A DNA stretch of 64,000 nucleotides from an uncultured Clostridia bacterium. Its GTDB lineage: Bacteria > Acidobacteriota > Aminicenantia > UBA2199. Each line of letters starts with the position of its first letter. Position 1 is the stretch's first letter. Below are positions 54,485-63,254 of the stretch, piece after piece. A program made the position numbers and the translations under genes. The DNA lies in assembly GCA_964562095.1 (NCBI GenBank), contig CAZLSH010000001.1, forward strand, positions 3,027-67,026, read 5' to 3'. The notes beneath the pieces were generated by a model. The model was not told where the DNA came from, did no database searches, and was given only the letters and a program-made list of their open reading frames with translations.

Positions 54485-55456
54485 TCACAGGAAGCCCTGT
54501 TCGCGGTACCAGGCGATCGTTTCCGCCAAAGCGGCCGGCAGCGGCACGCGGGGCTGAAAGTGGAGCATGGCGTCGATCTTGGCGGCCGAACACACCCAGG
54601 CCGGGAATTTCATCTCATGGAACTTGTCGCGGTTGAAGATGGCCTTGTTCCCGAACACGCGGATGCGCAGCTCGGAAAATTCGGCCAGGATACGGCCCAG
54701 GGCTTCCGGCACCACGATCGCCCGCGCTTTTTCTTTCCCCAGCGCCTCCGCGGCCTGCTCCATGAGGCCGCGCCATTCGACCGCCTCCGGATTGGTCACG
54801 TAGAAAATCTCGTTCCCGCAGGAGCTGAAAGCGGCGGTGATCATGCCCTGGACTAGATCGCTCACGAATATCAGCGAATACCAGCGCCGCGTGCGGCCCA
54901 GCAGGGGGATGATGCCGCGGTTGACGATGCGAAAGGCATCGAGCATGTCCATGTCCCAGGGCCCGAAAACGATGGGGGCGCGGATGACGATGCGCGGTAC
55001 CGCGCACTGCGCCGCGACGACATCCTCCTGGGCCAGCTTGCTCCTGCCGTACAGCGAGATCGGCTCGGCGGGGCTCTCCTCGCTCAGCATGGCGTGGCCG
55101 CGGTTGGGGCCTGCCGCTGCCAGCGACGACAACAGGACGAAGCGCTTCAGGTTCCTCAGGGGCCGCAGCCGTTCCAGGAGCGCACGGGTGCCCTCGACGT
55201 TGACCCGGGTGAACTCCCCGGGGGCCAGCGCCTTGGTCACGGCCGCCAGGTGGAAAACCATTTCGATGTCTGCGGGGAAAGGCTCGGAAGCAAAGAGGTC
55301 TCCGCGCACCACATCCACCGCGTCCTTGAAAGCGCAGGCTTCCAGCCTGGCATTGTCCCGGACCAAAAGCCGTACCTGGTGGCGGCCCTCCGCCAGCAGC
55401 GCGGTGACCAGGTGGCGGCCGACGAACCCCGTCCCTCCGGTCACCAGTATGTTCAT
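54485..55456 (-). CDS. NAD-dependent epimerase/dehydratase family protein (candidate CerR-type 3-ketodihydrosphingosine reductase)
   Basis: Rossmann motif MNILVTGGTGFVGRHL; extended-SDR family, divergently adjacent to the Spt-like gene. Confidence 0.75.
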   Translation of the reverse strand: MNILVTGGTGFVGRHLVTALLAEGRHQVRLLVRDNARLEACAFKDAVDVVRGDLFASEPFPADIEMVFHLAAVTKALAPGEFTRVNVEGTRALLERLRPLRNLKRFVLLSSLAAAGPNRGHAMLSEESPAEPISLYGRSKLAQEDVVAAQCAVPRIVIRAPIVFGPWDMDMLDAFRIVNRGIIPLLGRTRRWYSLIFVSDLVQGMITAAFSSCGNEIFYVTNPEAVEWRGLMEQAAEALGKEKARAIVVPEALGRILAEFSELRIRVFGNKAIFNRDKFHEMKFPAWVCSAAKIDAMLHFQPRVPLPAALAETIAWYREQGFL

Positions 55457-55505
55457 GGGGCCATTCTATAGAATCCAGCCGCATTATGCAAACGAGGAGT
55501 GAAAC

Positions 55506-56687
55506 ATGGACGTGTTTAAAAAATGCTTTGAATTCACCCAGGCGGAAGAGTACAAAAGCTCCGGCCTGTATCCCTATTTCACCGAGATCGAAAAGGTGGA
55601 AGGCAACTATGTCTGGGTCGGCGGCAAGAAGATCCTCATGGTCGGCTCCAATAATTATCTGGGGTTGTTCGACGATGTCCAGGTCAAGGCCTCGGCCATC
55701 GCTGCCGTCGAAAAATACGGCACCTCCACCTGCGGCTCGCGCTTCCTGAACGGGACCTATTCCCTGCACGTCGAGCTGGAAAAGAAACTGGCCCAGTTCA
55801 TGGGCAAGGAGGAGGCGCTGACCTTTTCCACCGGCATGCAGACCAATCTGGGGGCCATCTCGGCCCTGGCCGGCCGCGACGACGTCATTGTCCTGGACCG
55901 CATGGTCCACGCCTCGATCATGGATGCCGTCCGCCTCTCCTACGCCCACGTCGCCAAGTTCAAGCACAACGACATGAAGGACCTGGAGGAAAAGCTGGCG
56001 CACCAGCCCGCGGAGAAGGGCAAACTGATCATCGTGGACGGTGTCTTCAGCATGGAGGGCGATCTTTCCAACCTGCCGCAGATCGTCAAATTGGCCAGGA
56101 AGTACCATGCCCGGGTGATGGTCGACGACGCCCATGGCATCGGCGTCATGGGCGAGAAGGGCCGGGGGACGGCGGAGCATTTCGGCCTGGTCGACGAGAT
56201 CGACCTGATCATGACCACCTTCTCCAAGGCGTTCGCCTCGCTGGGCGGCTTCGTCGCCGGCGACAGCAAGATCATCCAGTACATCAAGCACCATGCCCGG
56301 TCGCTGATTTTTTCCGCCTCCATCACCCCGGCCGCACTGGGCGCCGCCCACAAAGCGCTGGAGATCATCCAGAATGAGCCGCAGCGCCGCCAGCGCCTGT
56401 GGGAAATCACCCGCATCATGAACCGCGAGCTGTCGGCCATGGGCTTCCATACGGGGAATACCGAAACACCCATTATCCCGGTTTTCATCCATGACATGGA
56501 AAAGACCTTCATGATGTGGAAGTTCCTTCGCGATTACGGCATTTTCACCAACCCGGTGATCGCTCCGGCCGTGCCGCCGGAAGATTCCCTGATCCGCACC
56601 TCGTTCACGGCCACCCATACCGATGCGGACCTGGAATTCATCCTCAAGGGGTTCCAGCAGGGCGGCAAGCTCCTGGGGCTGATCTGA
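55506..56687 (+). CDS. spt: alpha-oxoamine synthase, serine palmitoyltransferase-like
   Basis: The GTSTCGSRFLNGT, FSTGMQTNLGAISALAG, HASIMDA, KFKHNDMKDLEEKL and TFSKAF motifs are closer to bacterial SPT (GTCGSRMLNGT, FSTGYMANLGIISTLAG, as recalled) than to Kbl/BioF. Confidence 0.7.
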   Translation: MDVFKKCFEFTQAEEYKSSGLYPYFTEIEKVEGNYVWVGGKKILMVGSNNYLGLFDDVQVKASAIAAVEKYGTSTCGSRFLNGTYSLHVELEKKLAQFMGKEEALTFSTGMQTNLGAISALAGRDDVIVLDRMVHASIMDAVRLSYAHVAKFKHNDMKDLEEKLAHQPAEKGKLIIVDGVFSMEGDLSNLPQIVKLARKYHARVMVDDAHGIGVMGEKGRGTAEHFGLVDEIDLIMTTFSKAFASLGGFVAGDSKIIQYIKHHARSLIFSASITPAALGAAHKALEIIQNEPQRRQRLWEITRIMNRELSAMGFHTGNTETPIIPVFIHDMEKTFMMWKFLRDYGIFTNPVIAPAVPPEDSLIRTSFTATHTDADLEFILKGFQQGGKLLGLI

Positions 56688-56720
56688 GCCGTCGCGGCGG
56701 GCCGCGGTCCCGACGGGCAG

Positions 56721-57649
56721 TGGATATCAGCGCGGTAGTCGTCAGCTTCAATTCGGTCAGGTTCCTGGAGCGGAATTTGCGTTCCCTGGCCGGCCAGACC
56801 GTTCCCTTCCGCCGGATCGTCGTCGTCGACAATGCTTCCCGGGACGGTTCAGCGGCGCTCATCACGGACTTTGCCGGGCTCGATCCTCTGCTGCTGCAGG
56901 CGAACGTCGGCTACGCGGCCGCGGCCAACCTGGGCATTGGCCGCTGCGAATCGGACCTGGTGCTGGTGGCCAACGCCGACGTTTTCCTGGATGCCGAGTT
57001 TAACCGCCGCGCCCTGGAATTCTTTGCCCGCTGTCCGCAAGCCGGGCTGCTTTCCCCGCTCATCCTGCGCTTCGATGGCGCGACCATCGATTCGGCCGGC
57101 CAGGAGCGCTCGCCGGCACTTTACCCGCGCGAGTCGGGTTACGGCCGTCCCCTGGCGCGGCAGGCGCTTGCGGAACGGCGGGTCTTCTCCGTCTGCGGGG
57201 CGGCGACCGTTTTCTCGCGGCCGGCGCTGGAGAAACTGAAGATCGGCAGCGAGTACTACGACGAGGATTTTTTCATGTTCTGGGAGGATTTCGACATCGG
57301 CTGGAGGGCCAACCTCCTGGGCCTCGGGGTTTTTTTCTCGCCTGCCGTCATCGCCTTCCATTTCCGCAGCGGCACGCTGCCGAGTTCGCTCTGGTCGCGC
57401 TTCTCGCTGGCGCTGGCCCGCCCGGCCCCCCTGCGGGTTCACCTGGTGAAGAACCGTTATCTGACCCTGGTCAAAAATTTCCGCCTGCGGCGCGACGGCT
57501 GGTCGCTGCCGCTGATCGCCGTGCGGGACCTGCTATGGGTGGGCGCATTGACAATCCGTTCCCCGAAAATTATAATCGCCCTGGCCCGCTCGGGGCCTGC
57601 CTTCAAAAAAGCGTGGCATAAGAGGCAATGGATAAAAGATCATGAATGA
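56721..57649 (+). CDS. glycosyltransferase family 2
   Basis: GT-A N-terminus (VVSFNS…VVDNASRDGS) and a DAD-like acidic motif; GTG start assumed at 56721. Confidence 0.7.
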
Positions 57650-58643
57650 GATCGTTCTGGTTTTTTCATTCGTCCTCTCTTTCCTGCTGGCGCTGTACGG
57701 CACGCCCCTGGCCCAGAAAGCCGCCTTTCGCTACGGGATCCTGGACCAGCCCGACGGCAAGTTGAAAAAGCACTCCCGGCCGGTGCCCTACATGGGCGGG
57801 GTCATCGTCTATTTTGCCTTCATTTCGCCGATCAGCCTGGTTTTCGATTTCAACGAGCGCCTGCTGGGCATCCTGTTCGCCAGTTCCATCCTGCTGCTGG
57901 TGGGGCTTCTGGATGACCTGAAGGCCCTCACCCCGGCGATCAAGTTCCTCTTCCAGGTGGTGGCCACCTACATCCTGCTCAAGAGCGGCATCGTCATCGA
58001 CCTGGTTTTTTTCCCCAAATGGCTGGACGTGGCCCTCTCCTTTCTTTGGATCCTTACCGTGATCAACGCCTTCAATATCATCGACATCATGGACGGGCTG
58101 GCCGCTTCGATCGGCGCCTTGAGTTCCCTGACCATTTTCATCATCTCCCTGTTTACCGGCGACTTCCTGATCTCCATCCTTTCCCTCAGCCTGGCCGCCG
58201 CCCTGCTGGCCTTTCTCAAGTTCAACTGGGAGCCGGCCCGCATCTACCTGGGAGACGCCGGCAGCATGGTCCTGGGGCTTTGCATCGGATCCCTGGCCAT
58301 GATGGTGAGCTATACCGAACACAATCCCATGGCCTTCCTCTCGGGGCTTTTCGTCGTCGGCATCCCGCTTTTTGACCTGAGTTATGTGATCGTGCTGCGC
58401 CTGCTGAAAGGCCGCTCCCCGTTCCTGGGCAGCCCGGACCATTTCGCCTTGCGCCTGCGCAAAAAAATGAACTGGACGGCCCAGCAGACCGTTGGCGCCA
58501 TCCTGGGCGTGCAGCTGATCCTCTCCGCCCTGGTCATCGCCAGTTTCTTTTCCACGTCCCGCTTCACCCTGGCCTCCAGCGCCGCCGCCGCCGGACTCTT
58601 TTTCATCCTGGGCTGGGTCCTGGCAAGGGTGGAGATGGAATGA
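57642..58643 (+). CDS. polyprenyl-phosphate N-acetylhexosamine-1-phosphate transferase (MraY/WecA family, GT4 of PNPT superfamily)
   Basis: Multi-TM protein with NAFNIIDIMDGLA and YLGDAGS motifs characteristic of WecA/MraY. Confidence 0.8.
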   Translation: MNEIVLVFSFVLSFLLALYGTPLAQKAAFRYGILDQPDGKLKKHSRPVPYMGGVIVYFAFISPISLVFDFNERLLGILFASSILLLVGLLDDLKALTPAIKFLFQVVATYILLKSGIVIDLVFFPKWLDVALSFLWILTVINAFNIIDIMDGLAASIGALSSLTIFIISLFTGDFLISILSLSLAAALLAFLKFNWEPARIYLGDAGSMVLGLCIGSLAMMVSYTEHNPMAFLSGLFVVGIPLFDLSYVIVLRLLKGRSPFLGSPDHFALRLRKKMNWTAQQTVGAILGVQLILSALVIASFFSTSRFTLASSAAAAGLFFILGWVLARVEME

Positions 58644-59872
58644 ACGTCATTATCGGAGCCGGCATCTCGGGGCTGAGCGCCGGCCAGGCGCTGCAGGGCG
58701 ATTTCATGATCCTGGAAAAGGGTTCCGCTCCCGGCGGTCTCTCGGGCCAATACCGAGCCGGCGGTTTCGCTTTCGATCACGGCGGCCATTATTTTCATTT
58801 CCAGGACAAGCCGGAGATCCGCCGGCACGTGGAGGCGTTCCGCGCTTTTCGCCGCTTCCAGCGCAACAGCAAGGTTTTTCTGCAGGGGCGCTTCATCCCC
58901 TATTCCCTGCAGTACCATCTGGCCGGATTGCCGGCGCGGCTGCGCCGGCCCATTCTGGCCGAGATCCTGGCCGGCGCGGGCGGCCCGCCGAAACAGGACC
59001 TGGAAAAATTCCTGCTGGCCCACTTCGGGCCGAGCCTGGTGCGCCTGTTTTTCGCGCCGTACCTGGAAAAGTTTTACCAACGGCCGCTGGCGGCCATGAT
59101 CGCCGGCATGGACAAGGGGAGCATCCCGGTCCCCAGGAAGAAGGATGTGCTGGCCGGTGCCCGGCGCCAACGGCCGTGCGCCGAGGGCTATAACCCCGTT
59201 TTCTATTACCCGTCGGGCTCGCTGCAGGCGTTTATCGACGATTATGCCCGGCCGCTGGAGAAAAGGATCCGCTGCCAGGAAGAGGTCATCGCCATCGAAG
59301 CGGGACGGAAGCGGGTGATCACCCGGACCGGGAGCTATCGCTACGACTGCCTGGTCAGCACCATGCCCTTGAAGCAATTGCTGGGGATCATGACGCCGCC
59401 GCCGCCCTTTCCCCGGCAGCGGCTGCGCCACCTGTCGACGCTGGTGGTCAACGCGGTGCTGGCGCGGCGCCGGCGCCGCTTTCACTGGCTGTATCTGCCG
59501 GAAAAGCGTTTTCCTTTTTATCGCGTCGGCTATTACCCGGCGGCGGGGACGGTCGCCGTGTACCTGGAGAAGACGATGGCCGCCGATTCCGCGCTCGATG
59601 CCCGCCAGGTCCGCAATGAGGCGCTCTTGACCCTGCGGCAAACGGGAATGATCGCCGGCTCCGAAGAGCTTCTCTTCCTTGACCTGAAAAGGATACCCGT
59701 ATCCTATGTCGTCTTCGACCGCGATTGGCCGCGGCTGGTGCCGGCCATACTGGCTCAGCTGCGCCGCCAGGATATCCATTCCATCGGCCGTTACGGCAGC
59801 TGGAACTACACGTCCATGGCCGATGATATCCTCCTGGCGCGGGAAACGGCCCTCCGTCTCAACGGGGCATGA
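58640..59872 (+). CDS. FAD-dependent oxidoreductase (amine-oxidase / UDP-galactopyranose-mutase-like fold)
   Basis: N-terminal dinucleotide-binding motif VIIGAGISGLSAG; translationally coupled to both flanking genes. Confidence 0.65.
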   Translation: MNVIIGAGISGLSAGQALQGDFMILEKGSAPGGLSGQYRAGGFAFDHGGHYFHFQDKPEIRRHVEAFRAFRRFQRNSKVFLQGRFIPYSLQYHLAGLPARLRRPILAEILAGAGGPPKQDLEKFLLAHFGPSLVRLFFAPYLEKFYQRPLAAMIAGMDKGSIPVPRKKDVLAGARRQRPCAEGYNPVFYYPSGSLQAFIDDYARPLEKRIRCQEEVIAIEAGRKRVITRTGSYRYDCLVSTMPLKQLLGIMTPPPPFPRQRLRHLSTLVVNAVLARRRRRFHWLYLPEKRFPFYRVGYYPAAGTVAVYLEKTMAADSALDARQVRNEALLTLRQTGMIAGSEELLFLDLKRIPVSYVVFDRDWPRLVPAILAQLRRQDIHSIGRYGSWNYTSMADDILLARETALRLNGA

Positions 59873-61044
59873 GCTCCAGGATCGTCGTCGCGCACGTGAT
59901 CACCAAGCTGGAGCTTGGCGGCGCCCAGCTCAACACGCTGCATACCGTCGAACACCTGGACGCGTCGCGCTTCGACGCCTGCCTGCTCAGTGGCCCGGGG
60001 GGGGTATTGAACAGCCGCTTGGCCGCAACGGACCGCTATTTCGAGATTCCCGCCCTGGGGCGGGAGATCCGCCCCGGCAAGGACATCCAGGCGTTGCTGC
60101 AGCTGCTGCGTTTGTTCCGCCGTCTCCGGCCGCAAATCGTCCACACCCATTCCTCGAAAGCCGGGATCCTGGGGCGGGCGGCCGCCCGCCTGGCGCGCGT
60201 CCCGGTCACGGTTCATACGGTGCACGGTTTTCCCTTCTCCCCGCAGCAGCCGTTTTTCCAGCGCCGTTTCTATCGCTGCGCCGAAAAGGCCTGCCGCCGG
60301 CTGACGGACCACTTCGTTTTCGTTTCCCGCTGCGACATGGAGCAGGCGCTCCGTATGAAGCTGACCCGATCGCCGCGGCCCGAAGGGGACGGCGATGATT
60401 TTTCCCTCATTCGCAGCGGCTTTTCCCTGGAAAAATTCCGGGTCCCGGGGGATGCGGCGGCTGCCCGGGCCAGGTTCAACCTGCCGCCAGGATGTTTCGT
60501 GTGCGGCACCATCGCCCCCTTCAAGCCGCAGAAAGGGTTGTCGCGCCTGGTGGCTGCCGCCGCCCAGGTCATCGCCGGCAACCCGAAGGTCTTTTTCCTC
60601 ATCGCCGGCGACGGCGAGCAGCGGCCGCAGCTGGAGGCCGAGCTGCGGCGTCGCGGCATCGCGGCGAACTTTCGCCTGCCGGGATTCATCCGCGACGTGG
60701 AGAACGCCATGGACGCTTTCGACATCGGGCTTTCCACCGCCTTGTGGGAAGGACTGCCGCAGAGCCTGGTGCAGCTGCGCCTGAAAAAGAAGGCGATCGT
60801 GGCCAGCGACATCCCGGGCAACCGGGAGGTCGTCCGCCACGGGGAGAACGGTTTCCTGGTGCCCGGGAACGACACGGAGCGCTTCGCCGCGGCCATCCTC
60901 GAGCTGGCGGCGAATGCCGGGCTGCGGCGCCAACTGGGCGACTTCGAGGCCGAGGATTTCAGCGAGTGGTCGGCCGACGTGCTGGTGGCGCGCCAGGAGG
61001 AGTTGTACCAGCGGCTGGTGATCCGCAGCTGGACGCGGAACTGA
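59869..61044 (+). CDS. glycosyltransferase family 4 (GT-B, group 1)
   Basis: N-terminal GGAQ-type motif (KLELGGAQLNTLH) and a C-terminal E..E motif region (EGLPQSLVQ). Confidence 0.8.
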   Translation: MSSRIVVAHVITKLELGGAQLNTLHTVEHLDASRFDACLLSGPGGVLNSRLAATDRYFEIPALGREIRPGKDIQALLQLLRLFRRLRPQIVHTHSSKAGILGRAAARLARVPVTVHTVHGFPFSPQQPFFQRRFYRCAEKACRRLTDHFVFVSRCDMEQALRMKLTRSPRPEGDGDDFSLIRSGFSLEKFRVPGDAAAARARFNLPPGCFVCGTIAPFKPQKGLSRLVAAAAQVIAGNPKVFFLIAGDGEQRPQLEAELRRRGIAANFRLPGFIRDVENAMDAFDIGLSTALWEGLPQSLVQLRLKKKAIVASDIPGNREVVRHGENGFLVPGNDTERFAAAILELAANAGLRRQLGDFEAEDFSEWSADVLVARQEELYQRLVIRSWTRN

Positions 61045-61158
61045 GCGCGCCCGCGCCGCTGTCGCGCCGGCCGCTTAGGGGGAATTGCCGGACCCGATCC
61101 GGCATTTGCGGGCGGCGATCTTCCTCACCCCCCCGGTATTGGCGTTGCCGTGTCCGGA

Positions 61159-62001
61159 TCAGGCCGGGCGCATGGCCCGCAGGTGGGCGACCCGCTCCTC
61201 GATGGGCGGATGGGTCGAGAACAGGGCCAGCAGGCTTTTGCCGCTCAAGGGCGAGACGATGAACAGGTGGGCGGTCTGCCGCGTGGCGCGCAACGGCAGG
61301 CGCTTGGAGTAAGCGCCTAATTTTTCCAGTGCCGAGGCCAGGCCCTGGGGATCGCCGGTCAGCCGGGCGGCGCCCTCGTCGGCCTTGTATTCCCGGGTGC
61401 GGGAAATGGCCATCTGGATGAGGCTGGCCGCCAGCGGCGCCAGGATGGCCATGGCCAGCAGCCCCAGGAAGCCGCCGCGGTCGTCGTCGTCGCGGCCGCC
61501 GGCGAACACGCCGAACCAGCGCGCCTGATAAGCGAGGAACATGATGGCCCCGGCCAGGGTGGCGGCCACGGTCTGCAGCAGCGTGTCGCGGTGGATCACG
61601 TGGGTCAGCTCATGGCCGATCACCCCCTTCAGCTCCGCCTCGTCCATCAGTTTCGTGATCCCGCGCGAAAGGGCGATCACCGCCTTGCCGGGATTGCGCC
61701 CGGTGGCGAAGGCATTGGGGGAATCCTGCTCGAAAACATAGATGGCGGGCATGGGCACCTGCGCCTTCTGGCAAAGCTCACGCACCATGGCGTGGATGCG
61801 CGGCGAGTCGCTCTCGGTCAGTTCACTGGCCCGGTAGGCCTTGAGGACGATTTTGTCGGAGAACCAGTAGGAGATGAAATTCATCACTCCGGCCAGGATC
61901 AGGGCGATCAGCATGCCCTGCTGGCCCCCAGCCGCGCCGCCGATGAAAAGCAAGATGCCGGTCAGGGCTCCCAGCAACGCCACCGTCTTCAATTTACTCA
62001 T
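61159..62001 (-). CDS. htpX: zinc metalloprotease HtpX (peptidase M48)
   Basis: HExxH motif HELTHVIHRD and TM segments; 280 aa. Confidence 0.85.
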   Translation of the reverse strand: MSKLKTVALLGALTGILLFIGGAAGGQQGMLIALILAGVMNFISYWFSDKIVLKAYRASELTESDSPRIHAMVRELCQKAQVPMPAIYVFEQDSPNAFATGRNPGKAVIALSRGITKLMDEAELKGVIGHELTHVIHRDTLLQTVAATLAGAIMFLAYQARWFGVFAGGRDDDDRGGFLGLLAMAILAPLAASLIQMAISRTREYKADEGAARLTGDPQGLASALEKLGAYSKRLPLRATRQTAHLFIVSPLSGKSLLALFSTHPPIEERVAHLRAMRPA

Positions 62002-62359
62002 GCTTCGCCTCCGGGGTCTCCTGCACGAGGACCACCACTTTTTCGTTCTTTTTCATCAGCCACAGGTCTTCCCTGGCTTTTTTTTCCAGGGCCAGGGGGG
62101 TGGCGCGCAGCTGTTCGATTTCGCGGGCCAACCGGGCTTTTTCATTTTCCAAGGCCTGGATGGTCTGCTGCAAGGCATGGATCTGCTTTTTCGTTTTGAC
62201 GATCTCCACGATGCCGCGGTCGCCGAAAACGAATGCCAGTATCAGGATGAACAGGAAAAAGGCCAGCAGCAAGGCGAGGCCGCGCGACTGCAGCAGCGAA
62301 CTCTCCTTCTTCCTGCCGGCACCGTCTTCTCGTTTTCGGGGCTGGCGGATGGCAGACAT
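61994..62359 (-). CDS. FtsB/DivIC-like septum formation initiator (coiled-coil, single TM)
   Basis: One TM segment followed by a coiled coil (IHALQQTIQALENEKARLAREIEQL); overlaps the htpX start. Confidence 0.45.
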   Translation of the reverse strand: MSAIRQPRKREDGAGRKKESSLLQSRGLALLLAFFLFILILAFVFGDRGIVEIVKTKKQIHALQQTIQALENEKARLAREIEQLRATPLALEKKAREDLWLMKKNEKVVVLVQETPEAKHE

Positions 62360-62482
62360 GGGGATAAAATATCATAAATCCGGGCGGGAGGCAATCGCCT
62401 GCCGCCGCCTGGAACCGGCGGTGATCGCGTGCGGGCCCGGTGCGAAGATCGCAGGCGGAGGGCTCCGCAACTGCGCCGGAAA

Positions 62483-62511
62483 TTGACAAGCCATCCGGAT
62501 TGGTATAAAAT
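62483..62511 (+). promoter_or_regulatory. sigma70-like promoter of the grpE-dnaK operon
   Basis: TTGACA at 62483-62488, and TATAAAAT at 62504-62511. Confidence 0.4.
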
Positions 62512-62524
62512 TTTTTTCATGCAG

Positions 62525-62570
62525 GCGATCACCCCGGACCGGGCGCTTGCCGGGATCGCGGCTTTTTTTA
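62525..62570 (+). promoter_or_regulatory. terminator-like hairpin plus U-tract in grpE 5' leader (candidate attenuator or RNA thermosensor)
   Basis: GCGATC-ACCCCGGACCGGGCGCTTGCCGGG-GATCGC perfect outer stem with an inner CCCGG/CCGGG stem, followed by GCTTTTTTTA. It lies between the promoter and the grpE RBS (GAGAGGAG). Confidence 0.45.
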
Positions 62571-62609
62571 GCGCGGTGGACGGACCCGGGCGGGAACAGA
62601 GAGGAGTCA

Positions 62610-63254
62610 ATGGCGACGGACGAGGACAATGAGGGCATCGGCTACGTTCCGGACGAGGAAGATCTGGACGCGGAAGAGGCGAAAACCCCGGTAAAGAGCG
62701 TCCCGGAAGAGGCCGCCCACAAGAAAAAGAACGCAGCCAAGCGCGGAGCGCACCGCGCCGTCGATGCGGATGCGCAGTTGCGCAGCACCGCCGCCGAACG
62801 GGATGAATTCAAGGACAAGTACCTGCGCGGACTCGCCGAGATGGATAATTTCCGCAAGCGCATGAAAAAAGAGCGGGATGAATTCCAGAAGTATGTCCTG
62901 TTCGAGATCCTGCTTGACCTGCTGCAGATCTATGACAATCTGGAGCGGGCGCTGAAGTCCAAGACGGTCGAGCAGGACAAGGGGATCGTTTCCGGCGTGG
63001 AGATGATCCGCCGGCAGTTCCTGGACCTGCTGAAGAAATATCAAGTGCTTGAGATCGAGGCTCTGGGCCGGCATTTCGACCCCGCTTTTCACGAGGCCCT
63101 GAGCAAGGAGGAGCGGGAGGGCATCCGCCAGGCGGTGGTGGTGGAGGTCTACCAGAAAGGATTCATGTATCAGGACAAGCTGCTGCGACCGGCCCTGACC
63201 AAAGTGGCGATTCCCGTCGCCGCTCAGGCGGCGGGAGGCGAGGCCGAACCCTGA
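62610..63254 (+). CDS. grpE: nucleotide exchange factor GrpE
   Basis: GrpE motifs (DKYLRGLAEMDNFRKR…) with start at MATDEDNEG and a strong RBS. The ORF-track start at 62547 is an upstream extension. Confidence 0.85.
   Translation: MATDEDNEGIGYVPDEEDLDAEEAKTPVKSVPEEAAHKKKNAAKRGAHRAVDADAQLRSTAAERDEFKDKYLRGLAEMDNFRKRMKKERDEFQKYVLFEILLDLLQIYDNLERALKSKTVEQDKGIVSGVEMIRRQFLDLLKKYQVLEIEALGRHFDPAFHEALSKEEREGIRQAVVVEVYQKGFMYQDKLLRPALTKVAIPVAAQAAGGEAEP

Noticed and set aside
55506-56687. Annotation of the alpha-oxoamine synthase as Kbl (2-amino-3-ketobutyrate CoA ligase) or BioF
   Set aside because: Motif similarity is much higher to bacterial serine palmitoyltransferase (GTCGSR.LNGT, FSTG…NLG.IS.LAG). 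No bioA/bioD or an obvious tdh partner is in the operon. Kbl is kept only as a lower-probability alternative because the adjacent SDR could in principle be an SDR-type Tdh.
62360-62609. CIRCE/HrcA operator upstream of grpE-dnaK
   Set aside because: I looked for TTAGCACTC-N9-GAGTGCTAA or close variants and found none. Only a sigma70-like promoter and a terminator-like hairpin are present.
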